64,000 bases of DNA from Candidatus Poribacteria bacterium (GCA_963665235.2 CAXXLX010000002.1:352001-416000); one strand, 5' to 3'. Positions 39,758 to 50,489 are shown, counted from the stretch's first letter. Numbers and translations: made by a program. Notes: generated from the letters alone by a model not told the origin.

Positions 39758-40618
39758 CTATAGTAAAAATTGATGAACTCTGTTCTTTGCGGTTTGGCAA
39801 TATTCGGGTGAGATGTCTATTCCCAGGAAGCGGCGTTGACTCTTTTTAGCGACAACACACGTCGTGCCGGTCCCCGCAAACGGGTCGAGGATAACATCGC
39901 CTCTGAAACTGAACAATTTCAGGACACGATATGCCAATTCTTCCGGGAACATCGCGGGATGGCCGAATTTGTGCATGTGTCGCTCCGGTGCAATTGTCCA
40001 CTTAGCCGAGACCCAGTTTTTGAAAGATTCCGCGTCAATATCGGCATCCTTTGAGTCGCCCGCCTTTTTCAACGTGCCTTTGCAAAAGATTTCCAAAAAC
40101 TCCCAGGTGTATTTGAGATAAGGACTTGAGGGACTTTTCCAACTCCCCCATGCAGTATATTTGCAATTGTAATGATTTTTTTCCCACAAAATCTCGCCTT
40201 TCCATATCAGTTTATTCCGCATAAAGTACTGTGAGATAACATGGTGCGTCGGGATATAATCCGAAAACAGCGGTTGAACGTTAACAATGATACGTCCGCC
40301 ATATTTCAGAACTCGTATACATTCATCGAAAATGTCGAACAACGTTTTGAAGTAGGTGTCCCATGCAAGGGCATCCTCGGTTTGCTGATAATCCAGTCCG
40401 AAGTTGTAAGGCGGTGAAGTGAAGATAAGGTCGATGCAATTATTGGGCAACGCTTTGAGGACTACCTGTGATTCCCCGCAGATAATTTTATCCGTGTATT
40501 CTTCGGGCAGCGGATTATTTTCGCGACTAAAATTATGGTTTGCAGCGTAATAATGTTTTCCGCGTTGCGCTTCTTTCTGTTTTCTATTTGCAACCTTTCG
40601 CTCTTTTGTCCTGTCCAT
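39758..40618 (-). CDS. Orphan beta-class N4-C/N6-A DNA methyltransferase
   Basis: Motif IV TSPPY precedes HPAMFP and motif I LDPFAGTGT. TTGACA-17-TATTCT promoter at 40661-40689. No adjacent endonuclease. Confidence 0.92.
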   Translation of the reverse strand: MDRTKERKVANRKQKEAQRGKHYYAANHNFSRENNPLPEEYTDKIICGESQVVLKALPNNCIDLIFTSPPYNFGLDYQQTEDALAWDTYFKTLFDIFDECIRVLKYGGRIIVNVQPLFSDYIPTHHVISQYFMRNKLIWKGEILWEKNHYNCKYTAWGSWKSPSSPYLKYTWEFLEIFCKGTLKKAGDSKDADIDAESFKNWVSAKWTIAPERHMHKFGHPAMFPEELAYRVLKLFSFRGDVILDPFAGTGTTCVVAKKSQRRFLGIDISPEYCQTAKNRVHQFLL

Positions 40619-40705
40619 TTTTTTATTCTCTCTAAATGATAGATATGCACATATCAATTTAGAATATCATATTTTGCGAAAGGTGTCAAATGAATTTTTA
40701 GCCGC

Positions 40706-40804
40706 TCTCTTCTGTAGGAGCGTGCTGTGCACGCGACTAAGCGGAGCGGACTGCTCGTCCGAGTTCCGTTCAAAATGCTATAAAAGACCGAAAACTAAAT
40801 AGCC
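40706..40804 (+). repeat. About 98-bp REP-headed element
   Basis: Partner of 37808-37905. Partial relative at 59129-59235. Confidence 0.8.
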
Positions 40805-40826
40805 TTGTTTACAGTGAAATAAGCAC

Positions 40827-40856
40827 TTGACAACCCATCAAGGAACGTGTTATACT
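40827..40856 (+). promoter_or_regulatory. Putative sigma70 promoter for sulfatase-mobA
   Basis: TTGACA-18-TATACT with extended -10 TG. Confidence 0.65.
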
Positions 40857-40960
40857 TACCTTAAGAATTGGAGCCAAACGCTATTTTAGGGTGTTGAACG
40901 GAGAGAATCTAAGCGAATCAACTATTTTTTACGTTTTAGTACAAAACGGAGTGACCAATA

Positions 40961-42349
40961 ATGGCCCGAAAAACCGATAAACCGAACGTTCTCTTTATCA
41001 TGTCAGACCAGCACAGATACGATTATTTGGAAACGGTTGAAAACGCACCGCCTGCGCTCAACACGCCGAACTTACGCCGGTTGACAGAAATGGGGGTAAG
41101 TTTTCCCTACTGCACCACGAATGCCCCTGTCTGCGCGCCCGCACGAATCGGACTCGCCACCGGAATACAACCCGCTCGATTAGGGGCATTAGACAACAGA
41201 TGCTTTCTCCCTTCAACCGTGCCAACCTATTATCAGCAGCTGCGTGACCACGGTTATCGCGTCGGATGCGTTGGCAAACTTGACCTCGCTAAACCTGATG
41301 GTTATAATGGCCGATACGGCGACCGGCCCCGAAGCTACAGCTGGGGATTCACGCATCCAGAGGAGTGTGAAGGAAAGATGCACGCCGGCCGCTCCGCAAC
41401 ACCTATTGGGCCCTACACACATTATCTTCAGGAAAAAGGACTTTTAGAGACGTTCCATCAGGATTATCGCAAACGTTCCTCCGGCGGCGGCTGGATTAAA
41501 GGCGGCTCCTACGATTCTGTCCTTGCAACCGAGGATTTTGAGGATACGTATATCGGAAGGCGCGCGACCGAATTTATTGAAAATATCCCTGACGATTTCC
41601 CGTGGCACCTATTCGTCAGTTTCGTCGGCCCACACGACCCGTTCGACCCGCCTACTGAATACGGTGATAAATATCGGCAAGCGGAGATGCCCCCGCCTAT
41701 CGACGATAATATGGAAGGAAAACCGGTATCCGCACGCAAACGCGTGGTTAATCTCACCCCTGAAGAGGTTACAATAACGCGACGACAATACTGCGCAGCA
41801 ACCGAACTGATTGACTATCAAATCGGCAACATGCTGCACGCCTTAGAACAGCGCGGCATGCTTGACAATACCTATATAATCTATTCAAGCGACCACGGCG
41901 AAATGCTCGGCGACCACGGGCTTTACACCAAAAGCGTCGCTTATGAGGCATCGCTGCGGGTTCCGCTCATCGTGGCAGGCCCAGGAATAGAGGGCAATCG
42001 TACGGAAACGGGGTTAGTCGAACTCATCGACGTGAACCCAACGATATGCGAATTGGTTGACGTGCCAGCCGCTGAGAATATGGATGCACGCTCAATTGTA
42101 CCGGTCCTGCAAGGCAAAACGGAAACACATCGGACAGAAACGGTGAGCCGACTCCGAAACTTCAGTTGCATACGGACAGAAACACATAAACTCATCGAAA
42201 ACAGCGACGGTTTCACCGAATTGTATAACCTAATAGATGACCCGGATGAATTGCACAATATTGCCGAGACAGACCAGGAATTGGTGACAGAATTGCGGTC
42301 GCGCATGGAGAGTCGATATGGGCCGATGCTTGTCGAGGAAAACGAATGA
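40961..42349 (+). CDS. Cys-type sulfatase
   Basis: PNVLFIMSDQHR, TPNL, CAPAR (CxPxR), PHDP, SDHGEMLGDHG. Confidence 0.93.
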   Translation: MARKTDKPNVLFIMSDQHRYDYLETVENAPPALNTPNLRRLTEMGVSFPYCTTNAPVCAPARIGLATGIQPARLGALDNRCFLPSTVPTYYQQLRDHGYRVGCVGKLDLAKPDGYNGRYGDRPRSYSWGFTHPEECEGKMHAGRSATPIGPYTHYLQEKGLLETFHQDYRKRSSGGGWIKGGSYDSVLATEDFEDTYIGRRATEFIENIPDDFPWHLFVSFVGPHDPFDPPTEYGDKYRQAEMPPPIDDNMEGKPVSARKRVVNLTPEEVTITRRQYCAATELIDYQIGNMLHALEQRGMLDNTYIIYSSDHGEMLGDHGLYTKSVAYEASLRVPLIVAGPGIEGNRTETGLVELIDVNPTICELVDVPAAENMDARSIVPVLQGKTETHRTETVSRLRNFSCIRTETHKLIENSDGFTELYNLIDDPDELHNIAETDQELVTELRSRMESRYGPMLVEENE

Positions 42350-42954
42350 AACCGCCGGTAACAGGTATTATCTTAGCAGGCGGAAAAAGCAAGCGGATGG
42401 GGAAGAATAAGGCGTTGCTAAAACTTGGCAACGATACACTCATCGGGCATGTGATTCGTCGGGTACGGCCCATCACGGATGAGCTCCTGCTTATCACGAA
42501 GAGCCCTGATGAATATGCACATCTCGGTCTCACGATGCATGAGGATATCGTTCCGCATGCGGGCGCGTTAGGGGGCATTCATGCGGGATTAACATACGCG
42601 TCACATGAGACCGTTCTCTGCGTCGGCTGCGATACTCCGTTTTTGGTGCCAAATCTGCTCACCTATCTCATCACCGTTTTGGGGCAATATGATGCTGTAA
42701 TGCCTTATACGGAGGGCTCTGATGACAATAAGTCAACGCTTCAGACGTTATGTGCTGTGTATGCCAAACATTGTCTGCCGATTATTACGCAGATGCTCAA
42801 AGAATCGGAGTTGCGTGTCCACGCGCTACACGAACGTGCAAACGTGCTGTGTCTATCACCTGAAATTTGGAACGTGTTTGATTCGGAGGGGGTATCTTTT
42901 TTCAACGTCAACACCCCCGCAGATTTTGAGAAGGCACAAAGTCTTTTTAGTTGA
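42346..42954 (+). CDS. mobA: Molybdenum cofactor guanylyltransferase
   Basis: ILAGGKSKRMG.NKA, GALGGI, CDTPF, FFNVNTP. Confidence 0.92.
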   Translation: MKPPVTGIILAGGKSKRMGKNKALLKLGNDTLIGHVIRRVRPITDELLLITKSPDEYAHLGLTMHEDIVPHAGALGGIHAGLTYASHETVLCVGCDTPFLVPNLLTYLITVLGQYDAVMPYTEGSDDNKSTLQTLCAVYAKHCLPIITQMLKESELRVHALHERANVLCLSPEIWNVFDSEGVSFFNVNTPADFEKAQSLFS

Positions 42955-43054
42955 CCCTATTGCGTTATCTAGAAAGAGAATGAAGACAACTATTGGCAAA
43001 AAGGTATAAGTAGCAGTGATATAAGCGAAACATTCTGATACGTTTTTCATATTA

Positions 43055-43327
43055 TACCATTTTTATTAATTATTCTATCATTACCGGTTGTTAGAAATCA
43101 AACGGAGAACGGAAGACCCAAACTAAAAGTTTATGCTACAAGAAAGCACAAACTGGAAGTTTATGCTACAAAAAACACACAAACTGGAAGTTTATGCTAC
43201 AAAAAACAACACAAACTGGAAGTTTATGCTACAAAAAACAACACAAACTGGAAGTTTATGCTACAAAAAACAACACAAACTGGAAGTTTATGCTACAAGA
43301 AAGAGACATTTTCAATTAGAAATGGTA
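43055..43327. mobile_element. MITE with TACCATTT/AAATGGTA ends and TTA duplication, holding 6 tandem REPs
   Basis: Same ends as 17710-19089. Unit CACAAACTGGAAGTTTATGCTAC is the reverse complement of GTAG+palindrome. Confidence 0.8.
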
Positions 43328-43380
43328 TTACTATAGACCAACTAAAATGAACAATTAAATCATTATAATGTCTAATATTC

Positions 43381-43409
43381 TTGCTATTTTTAGGAGCATT
43401 TGTTATACT
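43381..43409 (+). promoter_or_regulatory. Putative sigma70 promoter
   Basis: TTGCTA-17-TATACT with extended -10 TG. Confidence 0.55.
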
Positions 43410-43544
43410 AATTTAAAGAGTGCATCTCTATCAGCTGTTTTTTCAGAGTTTCTTTAATCCGGTCTTTTACAAAAACATTCGGTTATTAGCTACCATTCCG
43501 AAGGTAGTAGGCACACGTCGCTGTGCCGTTTCGCGGAGGATAAT

Positions 43545-46500
43545 ATGAATACAAGGGAAGGTTACGCGGAATTACAAGCAAAAATTTTAGCTGCACGACG
43601 CTTATGGAAACGGAGTCTGTTCTGGACAGGCTTCGCCATCGTGATGATAGGAATTTTGGTGCTGTTAATTGGCGAATCGGTCGTTGATGTGCTGATGCCG
43701 CTGCCAAGTCCTGTGCGCGTGGTACTCCTTGCAGCCGTTATCGGTGCAACTGTCTACCTACTTTATAAACACCTAATTCTACCGGTGCGAGCATCGCTCA
43801 CACTTCGGGATGTCGCGCTCAACGTTGAACAAAGCCACCCGAACCTTGAAGATAGGTTAGTGAGTGCAGTGCAATTCGGGGACCGCGAGTCGGATGACCC
43901 TATTGAGGCGCACATGCTACAACGCCTCCTTGAAGATACCACAGAACGGGTTAAGGGTATCGACTTCAAAGCGACAATTGACCACAGCCGCGCCCGAAAA
44001 TATATAGGCATAATGACCTTAGTCATCGCAGCGTGTGGGCTGCTCGCTGTCCTGTTTCCCACTGAAATTCAGACGAGTCTTATGCGATTGCTTGTTCCGT
44101 GGGAAAAAACCGAGCCGGTTTTGACGACCAAGGTAACCGTCGAGCCGGGGAATGCACGCATTCTACGCGGTAAAAGCCTGCCTATTAATGTCATCGTCAC
44201 CGGCAAATCTGCCGAAAAGGTCGTCCTCACGTATCACGATAAGGATGCACCGCCGCCTACGGAAACGGAAGGCACGGAAAGCAGTGCACAACAGATTAAC
44301 ATGGTGCAGAACCCGGACGATAAACGCGGGTTTACCTATGAAATCTTCAATATTGACGCGGATATGGAATACTACGTCGTAGCGAATGAGACAACATCCG
44401 AACGTTACACGGTGGAGGTTTTCGAGATGCCGCGCCTAGTGGACATCTCTGTCTCGTATACCTATCCTGAATATACAAACCTTAAGCCGGTTGTGCAACG
44501 GGGCAGCGGAGACATTAAGGCGGTCGTCGGTACAACTGCCGAGATAAGAATCACGACCAATAAAACTGTCCAGAAAGCGACTTTCACGCATCACAGTTCA
44601 GAAACGGCCCCTGAAACAGCGAACGGAGACGCAGTAGCCCAAGATGACCAAAGTGAAACTGAACAAGCAGCTGCACCCAGCTCTTCAGAGATGATTATTG
44701 CTGATGGAAATGTCCTGACAACAACTGTAGCGGTTCGTGAAGATGGGAAATACGCCGTTGAACTGCTCTGTATTGATGGGTTCAACAACGAAGTCCCGAT
44801 TGAGTATGCTATTAAAGCCATCCCGGATGCTGCGCCCAAAGTTGTTATCAAAGAACCCGGGCGCGATGTCAAGGTCACAAAATTAGAAGAGGTAAAAATT
44901 GTCGCTGAAGCCACAGACGACTACGGTGTAGAAAAACTAAACCTGATGTATCGCATCGGGGCAGGCGAATTAAAGGAGCTCGTTCTAGAGGCTACAGGTG
45001 AACCTGTATCGGCCGACGCGAATTTGGAATTGGGTAAACACCTCCGCTCCGGCACTTATACCTTCTACTTGGAGGAATTTGATATTGAACCGGGGGAGGT
45101 CATCTCCTATTATGCACACGCTGTAGACAATAACACGCTTACAGGACCGGGGGAAGCGAGCAGTGAGATTTATTTCATAGAGATTAAACCTTTTAATCAG
45201 CGGCTTGAACAGGGGGAGCCCTCCGAAAACGGAATGCCGAATCCATTTTTGGAGTTAATCGCTTCCCAGAAGGAAATTATTCGGGAAACCTGGAAGCACA
45301 TTAACATGCAACCGCCTACGGTTACAGAAGAGTACAGCGCGGCAGTTAAAAGCACCGGTAAGAAGCAATCTGACCTGAAGGATAGAACGCAGCAACTAAC
45401 CGATCAGCTCAGTATGGCGATGCAAGAAGCACAAATCGCTCCAGAAATTCTGATGAACCTTGAAGAGGCAATTGATAAAATGGGAGAGGCGACTGACGAA
45501 TTGAATGCTATCCAACCTGGGGATGCTATCCCACCGGAACAAGCTGCCCTTGAACTGCTCAATAAAGTCAACATTGAATTTCCGAAAATGCTTAGCCAAG
45601 CTAGAGCGTCACAACCGCAACTCGCTGAAAACTTCGAGTTGGAGATGGAAGAGCTGCAAAACGAACTGGAGCAGAATCAGGAAGAGCTTGACCAGCAGAT
45701 GCAGGAACAGACGCAGCAGATGTTAGATCAGGCACGTCAGATGCTGGAACAACAGCAAAATCTGAATGAACAGAGCCAACAATTGGGCAGAGAAGAGCAG
45801 CCATCCCAGAGCGACATGCAACAGAACAGTCAGCAGCAGGGGCAGTTGTCGCAGCAGGCACAGCAGATGTCAGAACAGCTCGGTCAAATGCAAGGCAGCG
45901 CGCAGGGCAACCAAGGACAACGCCTAGAACAGGCTGGACAAGCGATGCAACAGGCGGGTGAACAGATGCAGCAAGCCTCACAAGGGATGCAACAGCAGCA
46001 ACCGCAACTCAGTGCTGCTAAAGGACAAAAGGCAGAGGAGCGGCTTGAAGAGGCTATTGAACAGCTCGAAAGAGCCTCCGCAGAATTCACGGAGGATGCG
46101 TTGGCACGTGCCACCGAACAACTTCAGCAGTTGACGGCAGAGCAATTTGATGTCCAACAGCAAACGCAGGAACTGCGAGATAACGCGCAGCAATCCGGCG
46201 GAATGCGTGACGAGGATTACCAAAGAGCCTCTGAACTTGCCAATGAGCAACGGGACCTTCAACAGGACCTTGAATCGCTTGAAAACGCATTGAGCAACCT
46301 TCAGGAACAGCTTGACCAAAACAATCCTGAAGCTGCCCAAAATGTCGCCGATGCATCAAACCGACTCTCGGAGGAACAGACCTCAGAGGATATGTCAACA
46401 GCACAACGTGCGTTGCAATGGCGGAGCTTACAGGCTGCTGACCTAAATCAGCAAGAGGTCATCGATACGCTAGAGGAGGCACAAGCCGATTTACAGCAGG

Positions 46501-47102
46501 CAAGAGCCAATATGGCAAATACTGAAGAGGAACAGCTTGAAGCCGCTCTCGAACAGGTCCAAAGCTTTGAAGAGCAGGCGCAGGACATCCAACGCGAACT
46601 CGAAGCGATGGAAGGGCAGGAGCAGACTGAAGCGCAACAGGAACGCCAACAGCAGCTTGCTGAACAGCAACAGCAGCTTCAGGAACGGATGCAGCAGGCA
46701 CAGCAAGCTATGCAAAATGCACAGGAGGGACAACAACCCGGACAGGAAGGGCAGCAACCCGGACAAGGGCAGCAACCCGGACAAGAAGGACAACAGCCCG
46801 GACAGGAGGGACAACAGGAGGGTGAAAGTGAACTCGCGCGAGGCGGAGCTGAATCCAACCAGCGAATTCAGGAATTGTGGCTCGGAATGCTTGATACGAT
46901 GCAGCATCGCCCCGGAAATCGTACACGGCACTTCCCAAACTACGAACTCGTCATCCGAGACCTCCAGAAATTGGAATCCGCCCTAGAAGACCGACTCAAT
47001 ACGCTTCAAGAGAAAAAACGGTTGGCACAAGTTGCTAAGGAGGATGTCCCTCCTGAATACCGTAGATTCGTTGATAATTATTATGAGTCGTTATCCAAAT
47101 AG
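43545..47102 (+). CDS. DUF4175-family large membrane protein with a Gln-rich coiled coil
   Basis: Three TMs, LEDRLVSA, Y.YP.YT, D..P.V.I..PG.D, ATDDYG, Gln-rich repeats, C-terminal VPPEYR..V..YY..L. Confidence 0.85.
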   Translation: MNTREGYAELQAKILAARRLWKRSLFWTGFAIVMIGILVLLIGESVVDVLMPLPSPVRVVLLAAVIGATVYLLYKHLILPVRASLTLRDVALNVEQSHPNLEDRLVSAVQFGDRESDDPIEAHMLQRLLEDTTERVKGIDFKATIDHSRARKYIGIMTLVIAACGLLAVLFPTEIQTSLMRLLVPWEKTEPVLTTKVTVEPGNARILRGKSLPINVIVTGKSAEKVVLTYHDKDAPPPTETEGTESSAQQINMVQNPDDKRGFTYEIFNIDADMEYYVVANETTSERYTVEVFEMPRLVDISVSYTYPEYTNLKPVVQRGSGDIKAVVGTTAEIRITTNKTVQKATFTHHSSETAPETANGDAVAQDDQSETEQAAAPSSSEMIIADGNVLTTTVAVREDGKYAVELLCIDGFNNEVPIEYAIKAIPDAAPKVVIKEPGRDVKVTKLEEVKIVAEATDDYGVEKLNLMYRIGAGELKELVLEATGEPVSADANLELGKHLRSGTYTFYLEEFDIEPGEVISYYAHAVDNNTLTGPGEASSEIYFIEIKPFNQRLEQGEPSENGMPNPFLELIASQKEIIRETWKHINMQPPTVTEEYSAAVKSTGKKQSDLKDRTQQLTDQLSMAMQEAQIAPEILMNLEEAIDKMGEATDELNAIQPGDAIPPEQAALELLNKVNIEFPKMLSQARASQPQLAENFELEMEELQNELEQNQEELDQQMQEQTQQMLDQARQMLEQQQNLNEQSQQLGREEQPSQSDMQQNSQQQGQLSQQAQQMSEQLGQMQGSAQGNQGQRLEQAGQAMQQAGEQMQQASQGMQQQQPQLSAAKGQKAEERLEEAIEQLERASAEFTEDALARATEQLQQLTAEQFDVQQQTQELRDNAQQSGGMRDEDYQRASELANEQRDLQQDLESLENALSNLQEQLDQNNPEAAQNVADASNRLSEEQTSEDMSTAQRALQWRSLQAADLNQQEVIDTLEEAQADLQQARANMANTEEEQLEAALEQVQSFEEQAQDIQRELEAMEGQEQTEAQQERQQQLAEQQQQLQERMQQAQQAMQNAQEGQQPGQEGQQPGQGQQPGQEGQQPGQEGQQEGESELARGGAESNQRIQELWLGMLDTMQHRPGNRTRHFPNYELVIRDLQKLESALEDRLNTLQEKKRLAQVAKEDVPPEYRRFVDNYYESLSK

Positions 47103-47162
47103 TTCAAGGGTTATATGGCCTAATCGCCATTAGCCAGAAACTTGCCTGCAAGCGGAGGGACA

Positions 47163-47963
47163 ATGATTCAAAATATTGTTAAACCCGGTGATAGTATCTG
47201 CTTGAAAGAGTATGATGCGGACTACACGGGGGTTTATCAAAAAAAGGGTGAAGTGAAACGCCCGTTGAAAGAACTACAGAAGCAGCTACTGGAACTTCAG
47301 GAGCTGCTTTACGCCGAAAACAAGCATGCCCTTCTCATTATCCTGCAAGGCATGGATACATGCGGAAAGGATGGCACCATCCGGAAGGTAATGGCCGGTG
47401 TTAATGTACAGGGATGTGATGTCGTGAGCTTTAAAGTGCCTACATCACAGGAGAAGGCGCGCGACTTCTTATGGCGTGCACACAGAGTCGTGCCCCGGAA
47501 GGGGCATATCGGCATTTTCAACCGTTCACATTATGAAGATGTACTCGTCGTAAGGGTGCATAGCTTGACAGAAAAATCGGTCTGGGAGCAACGATACCAG
47601 CAGATTAACGATTTCGAGAAGATGCTGGTCGAAAACGGCACGGTCGTACTGAAATTTTTTCTCAATATCTCAAAAGACGAACAGAAAGAACGGCTTGAAG
47701 CCCGAATTAACGACCCGACAAAACATTGGAAAATCACCGAAGCGGACATTCGCGAGCGCGCCTATTGGAATGATTACATAGAAGCTTACGAAGCAATGTT
47801 CCGTAAGTGCAGTACCGACTGGGCCCCCTGGTATATTATTCCAGCGAATAAGAAGTGGTATCGAAACCTACTCATTACCGAATGCATTGTTGAAACCCTT
47901 AAGAAGTTGGACATGCAATACCCGAAACCTGCTTTTGATATTTCAAAGCTTGTCGTGGAATGA
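47163..47963 (+). CDS. ppk2: Polyphosphate kinase 2 family (probably class III)
   Basis: QGMDTCGKDG, DFLWR, FNRSHYEDVL, KFFL.ISK.EQ, APWYIIPANKKW. Confidence 0.94.
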   Translation: MIQNIVKPGDSICLKEYDADYTGVYQKKGEVKRPLKELQKQLLELQELLYAENKHALLIILQGMDTCGKDGTIRKVMAGVNVQGCDVVSFKVPTSQEKARDFLWRAHRVVPRKGHIGIFNRSHYEDVLVVRVHSLTEKSVWEQRYQQINDFEKMLVENGTVVLKFFLNISKDEQKERLEARINDPTKHWKITEADIRERAYWNDYIEAYEAMFRKCSTDWAPWYIIPANKKWYRNLLITECIVETLKKLDMQYPKPAFDISKLVVE

Positions 47964-47981
47964 AACGATGGGGTACATCTG

Positions 47982-48761
47982 ATGCTTTCAACCGAACAGT
48001 TAAAACAATTTGAGGAGATGGGGTATCTGCTCCTTTCCGATTTAATTCCGAAGGAGCTCACCGTAAAAGCGGAGGAAGCGATGTGGCATCAGATGGGTAT
48101 GGATGCAGAAGACCCCGCCTCCTGGGAACATTTCAAACGTCCACATCTTGCCGGTTTCTACATAGACAAATTGGCAAACGGCAAACGGCTCGAACTTTTC
48201 GGCGTAACGCATCCGGATGTGTTAGCGTGTTGTACGCCAGAATATCTCGCTGTTCTCAAGCAGCTTGCCGAAATATATCCGGCTATTCTGCACTGTAAAA
48301 GCCAATTTCCTGATGGCATTTGGGCGATGAATCAATTCCCTGTTGCCGCGGAATGGAAAACCCCATCGCCTCACCTGGATGGAGACTTTAGGGATTTCCG
48401 ATTAGACCCCGGTACATTTCGTGCAACGAGCATCACATACCTCACCGATGCCAATTCGCATCAAGGTACAACGGTGATATGGCCCGAGGGGCCGCAGCGG
48501 ATTCGAAAGTTCCGCAAAAAGAATCCTAAGTTCTCCAATCACGTTCGCGACATTCGTGCCCTGTTTCCAGAGATGGATTTAGGCGAACCGATGGAGGTCG
48601 TTGCAAGACAGGGAGATACCCTGTTTTTCCATCATCTATTACCGCATTCCGGTACGATAAATGCGGGAACGTACCCGCGTTTTGCAATACGTTACATGTG
48701 TTTGTGTCTCAATTGCCGCGCTTGGCAGAAAAAGGGGGAGTGGAATATCTGGATGCCTTAG
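47982..48761 (+). CDS. PhyH-family Fe(II)/2-oxoglutarate dioxygenase
   Basis: F.E.GYL, PHLDG (HxD), GDTLFFHHLLPHS...R. Confidence 0.85.
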   Translation: MLSTEQLKQFEEMGYLLLSDLIPKELTVKAEEAMWHQMGMDAEDPASWEHFKRPHLAGFYIDKLANGKRLELFGVTHPDVLACCTPEYLAVLKQLAEIYPAILHCKSQFPDGIWAMNQFPVAAEWKTPSPHLDGDFRDFRLDPGTFRATSITYLTDANSHQGTTVIWPEGPQRIRKFRKKNPKFSNHVRDIRALFPEMDLGEPMEVVARQGDTLFFHHLLPHSGTINAGTYPRFAIRYMCLCLNCRAWQKKGEWNIWMP

Positions 48762-48888
48762 CAAGCAAAGACACACCAGCATTCCGTAACCCCTTACAGG
48801 CGGGCTCGTAGTAGGGAAACCATTCAGGGTTCCCCTCGATTACCGAAATATTTATTTAAACTTCATTAAACCCTTCGAGGAGGAAACA

Positions 48889-49668
48889 GTGAATCAAAAC
48901 CAATATCGAACGAAATTAGAATGCGCAACGATGCGCCTGTCATTTATGATTATCATGCTATCCCTTGTTACCGGTCTCTTTTCTGGACAAACCGCGGTAG
49001 CACAGAATATTTTAGTCCAAACCGGCTTTGAGGAATTCACGCTCGGTGAACCGCCAAAAGATTGGTCGGTAAGAGGCAACGGGTTTCAGGTCACCGATGA
49101 CACTGTCAAAACCGATGAAAAATCGCTCGCTATCCTCGGCGGTGCCAACGACGACAGGGTCGGGGTTGCTATTGAGACTGAAAATCCCATCATCTCGGTT
49201 GAATTCTGGGTTTATATTAAGGGAGAAGGACGTGCTTTCAACCTCAAAGTTGTCTCGGATGACAACATCGCACAAAACGATGGGGGGGTTTATGTCAATT
49301 GGAACGCAAACGCTATTCGCCTCTACAATGGCTCCGCTTGGGTGGCAATTGATGACTTTCAATTTGAAACATGGAAATACGTCCGGGTTGTCGCTGATGT
49401 TAGCAAAAGCACATTTGATTACTATGTCGGAGACGACAGGGACAAAGCACTGCTCGCTGACCCCAAAACGGACCTCGCTTTTCGAAAAGCAGCCGTAAAT
49501 CCGGTCGCGAAATGGGTTGTGTTTCACGTGTATTCGTCTGTCGCGCAGGGGTACGTAGATGATTTGCTTATCTATGAAGGCGGAGAACCGCCAGCCGTTA
49601 CACCTGTGAACCCGAAGGGAAAACTTGCAACGTTCTGGGGGCAGGTTAAGAAACACGGCGCGTTTTGA
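48889..49668 (+). CDS. Secreted jelly-roll protein with a C-terminal VNPKGKLATFWGQVK motif
   Basis: Signal peptide, beta-rich, GFE...YVDDL. Tandem paralog of the next gene. Confidence 0.8.
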   Translation: MNQNQYRTKLECATMRLSFMIIMLSLVTGLFSGQTAVAQNILVQTGFEEFTLGEPPKDWSVRGNGFQVTDDTVKTDEKSLAILGGANDDRVGVAIETENPIISVEFWVYIKGEGRAFNLKVVSDDNIAQNDGGVYVNWNANAIRLYNGSAWVAIDDFQFETWKYVRVVADVSKSTFDYYVGDDRDKALLADPKTDLAFRKAAVNPVAKWVVFHVYSSVAQGYVDDLLIYEGGEPPAVTPVNPKGKLATFWGQVKKHGAF

Positions 49669-50489
49669 TAGAGTCGAAACGCCCTAAGGAGTGTATAATG
49701 AACCAAAATGGATGTCGCCGCACGTTAAAATCAGCAACCAGCCGTACGACGAATTGTTTTAGACATGTGCTCTTAGGCATCGCGCTTGTTCTCAGCCTCA
49801 TTTCAGTAGAAACGACACGTGCACAAGAGGTGTTTATTCAAACCGGCTTTGAGAAATTCGCGCTCGGTAAACCCCCAAAGGATTGGGAGGTCAGAGGCGG
49901 CGGGTTTGAAGTCACAGACGATATTGTCAAGACCGACAAAAAATCGCTCGCTATCCTTGGCGGTGCCAACGACGATAGGGTTGGAGTCGCCATCAAAACC
50001 CAAAATCCTGTCATCTCAGTTGAATTCTGGGTTTACATTAAGAGCGGCGGCAGGTCCTTCAATCTCAAAATTGTCTCCTCTGACAACATCGCACAAAATG
50101 ATGGGGGGGTTTATATCAATTGGAATGCAGACGCTGTCCGCCTCTTCGATGGCGCAGCCTGGCAGCCGATTGACGATTTTGATACGGATACATGGAGATA
50201 CGTCCGGGTTGTCGCTAATGTTGAGGAAAGTACATTTGATTTCTATGCAGGAGACGATAGAAACAAAGCATTAGCGGATAGAGGCAAAAAAGGGCTCCCT
50301 TTTCGGAGAGCTGCTGTGGCACCTGTTGCCAGATGGGTCGTTTTCCATGTGTATTCCATATCTGCCCCCGGATATGTAGATGATTTGTTCATCTACGAAG
50401 GGGACGACCCCATAAACCTTGCCGTCGCGCCTACCGGAAAACTCACGACCGCCTGGGGACATATCAAAAGATATTCCTCATTTCGGTAA
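49665..50489 (+). CDS. Secreted jelly-roll protein with a C-terminal VAPTGKLTTAWGHIK motif
   Basis: Long identical blocks shared with 48889-49668 (e.g. KSLAILGGANDDRVGVAI). True start may be the ATG at 49698. Confidence 0.8.
   Translation: MIESKRPKECIMNQNGCRRTLKSATSRTTNCFRHVLLGIALVLSLISVETTRAQEVFIQTGFEKFALGKPPKDWEVRGGGFEVTDDIVKTDKKSLAILGGANDDRVGVAIKTQNPVISVEFWVYIKSGGRSFNLKIVSSDNIAQNDGGVYINWNADAVRLFDGAAWQPIDDFDTDTWRYVRVVANVEESTFDFYAGDDRNKALADRGKKGLPFRRAAVAPVARWVVFHVYSISAPGYVDDLFIYEGDDPINLAVAPTGKLTTAWGHIKRYSSFR

Noticed and set aside
19237-40618. Complete restriction-modification or defence island
   Set aside because: One gene is truncated, the other is an orphan methyltransferase 19 kb away, and the genes between are unrelated.
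43485-43540. Riboswitch in the DUF4175 leader (two small hairpins)
   Set aside because: No match to any riboswitch consensus I can recognise, so there is too little support.
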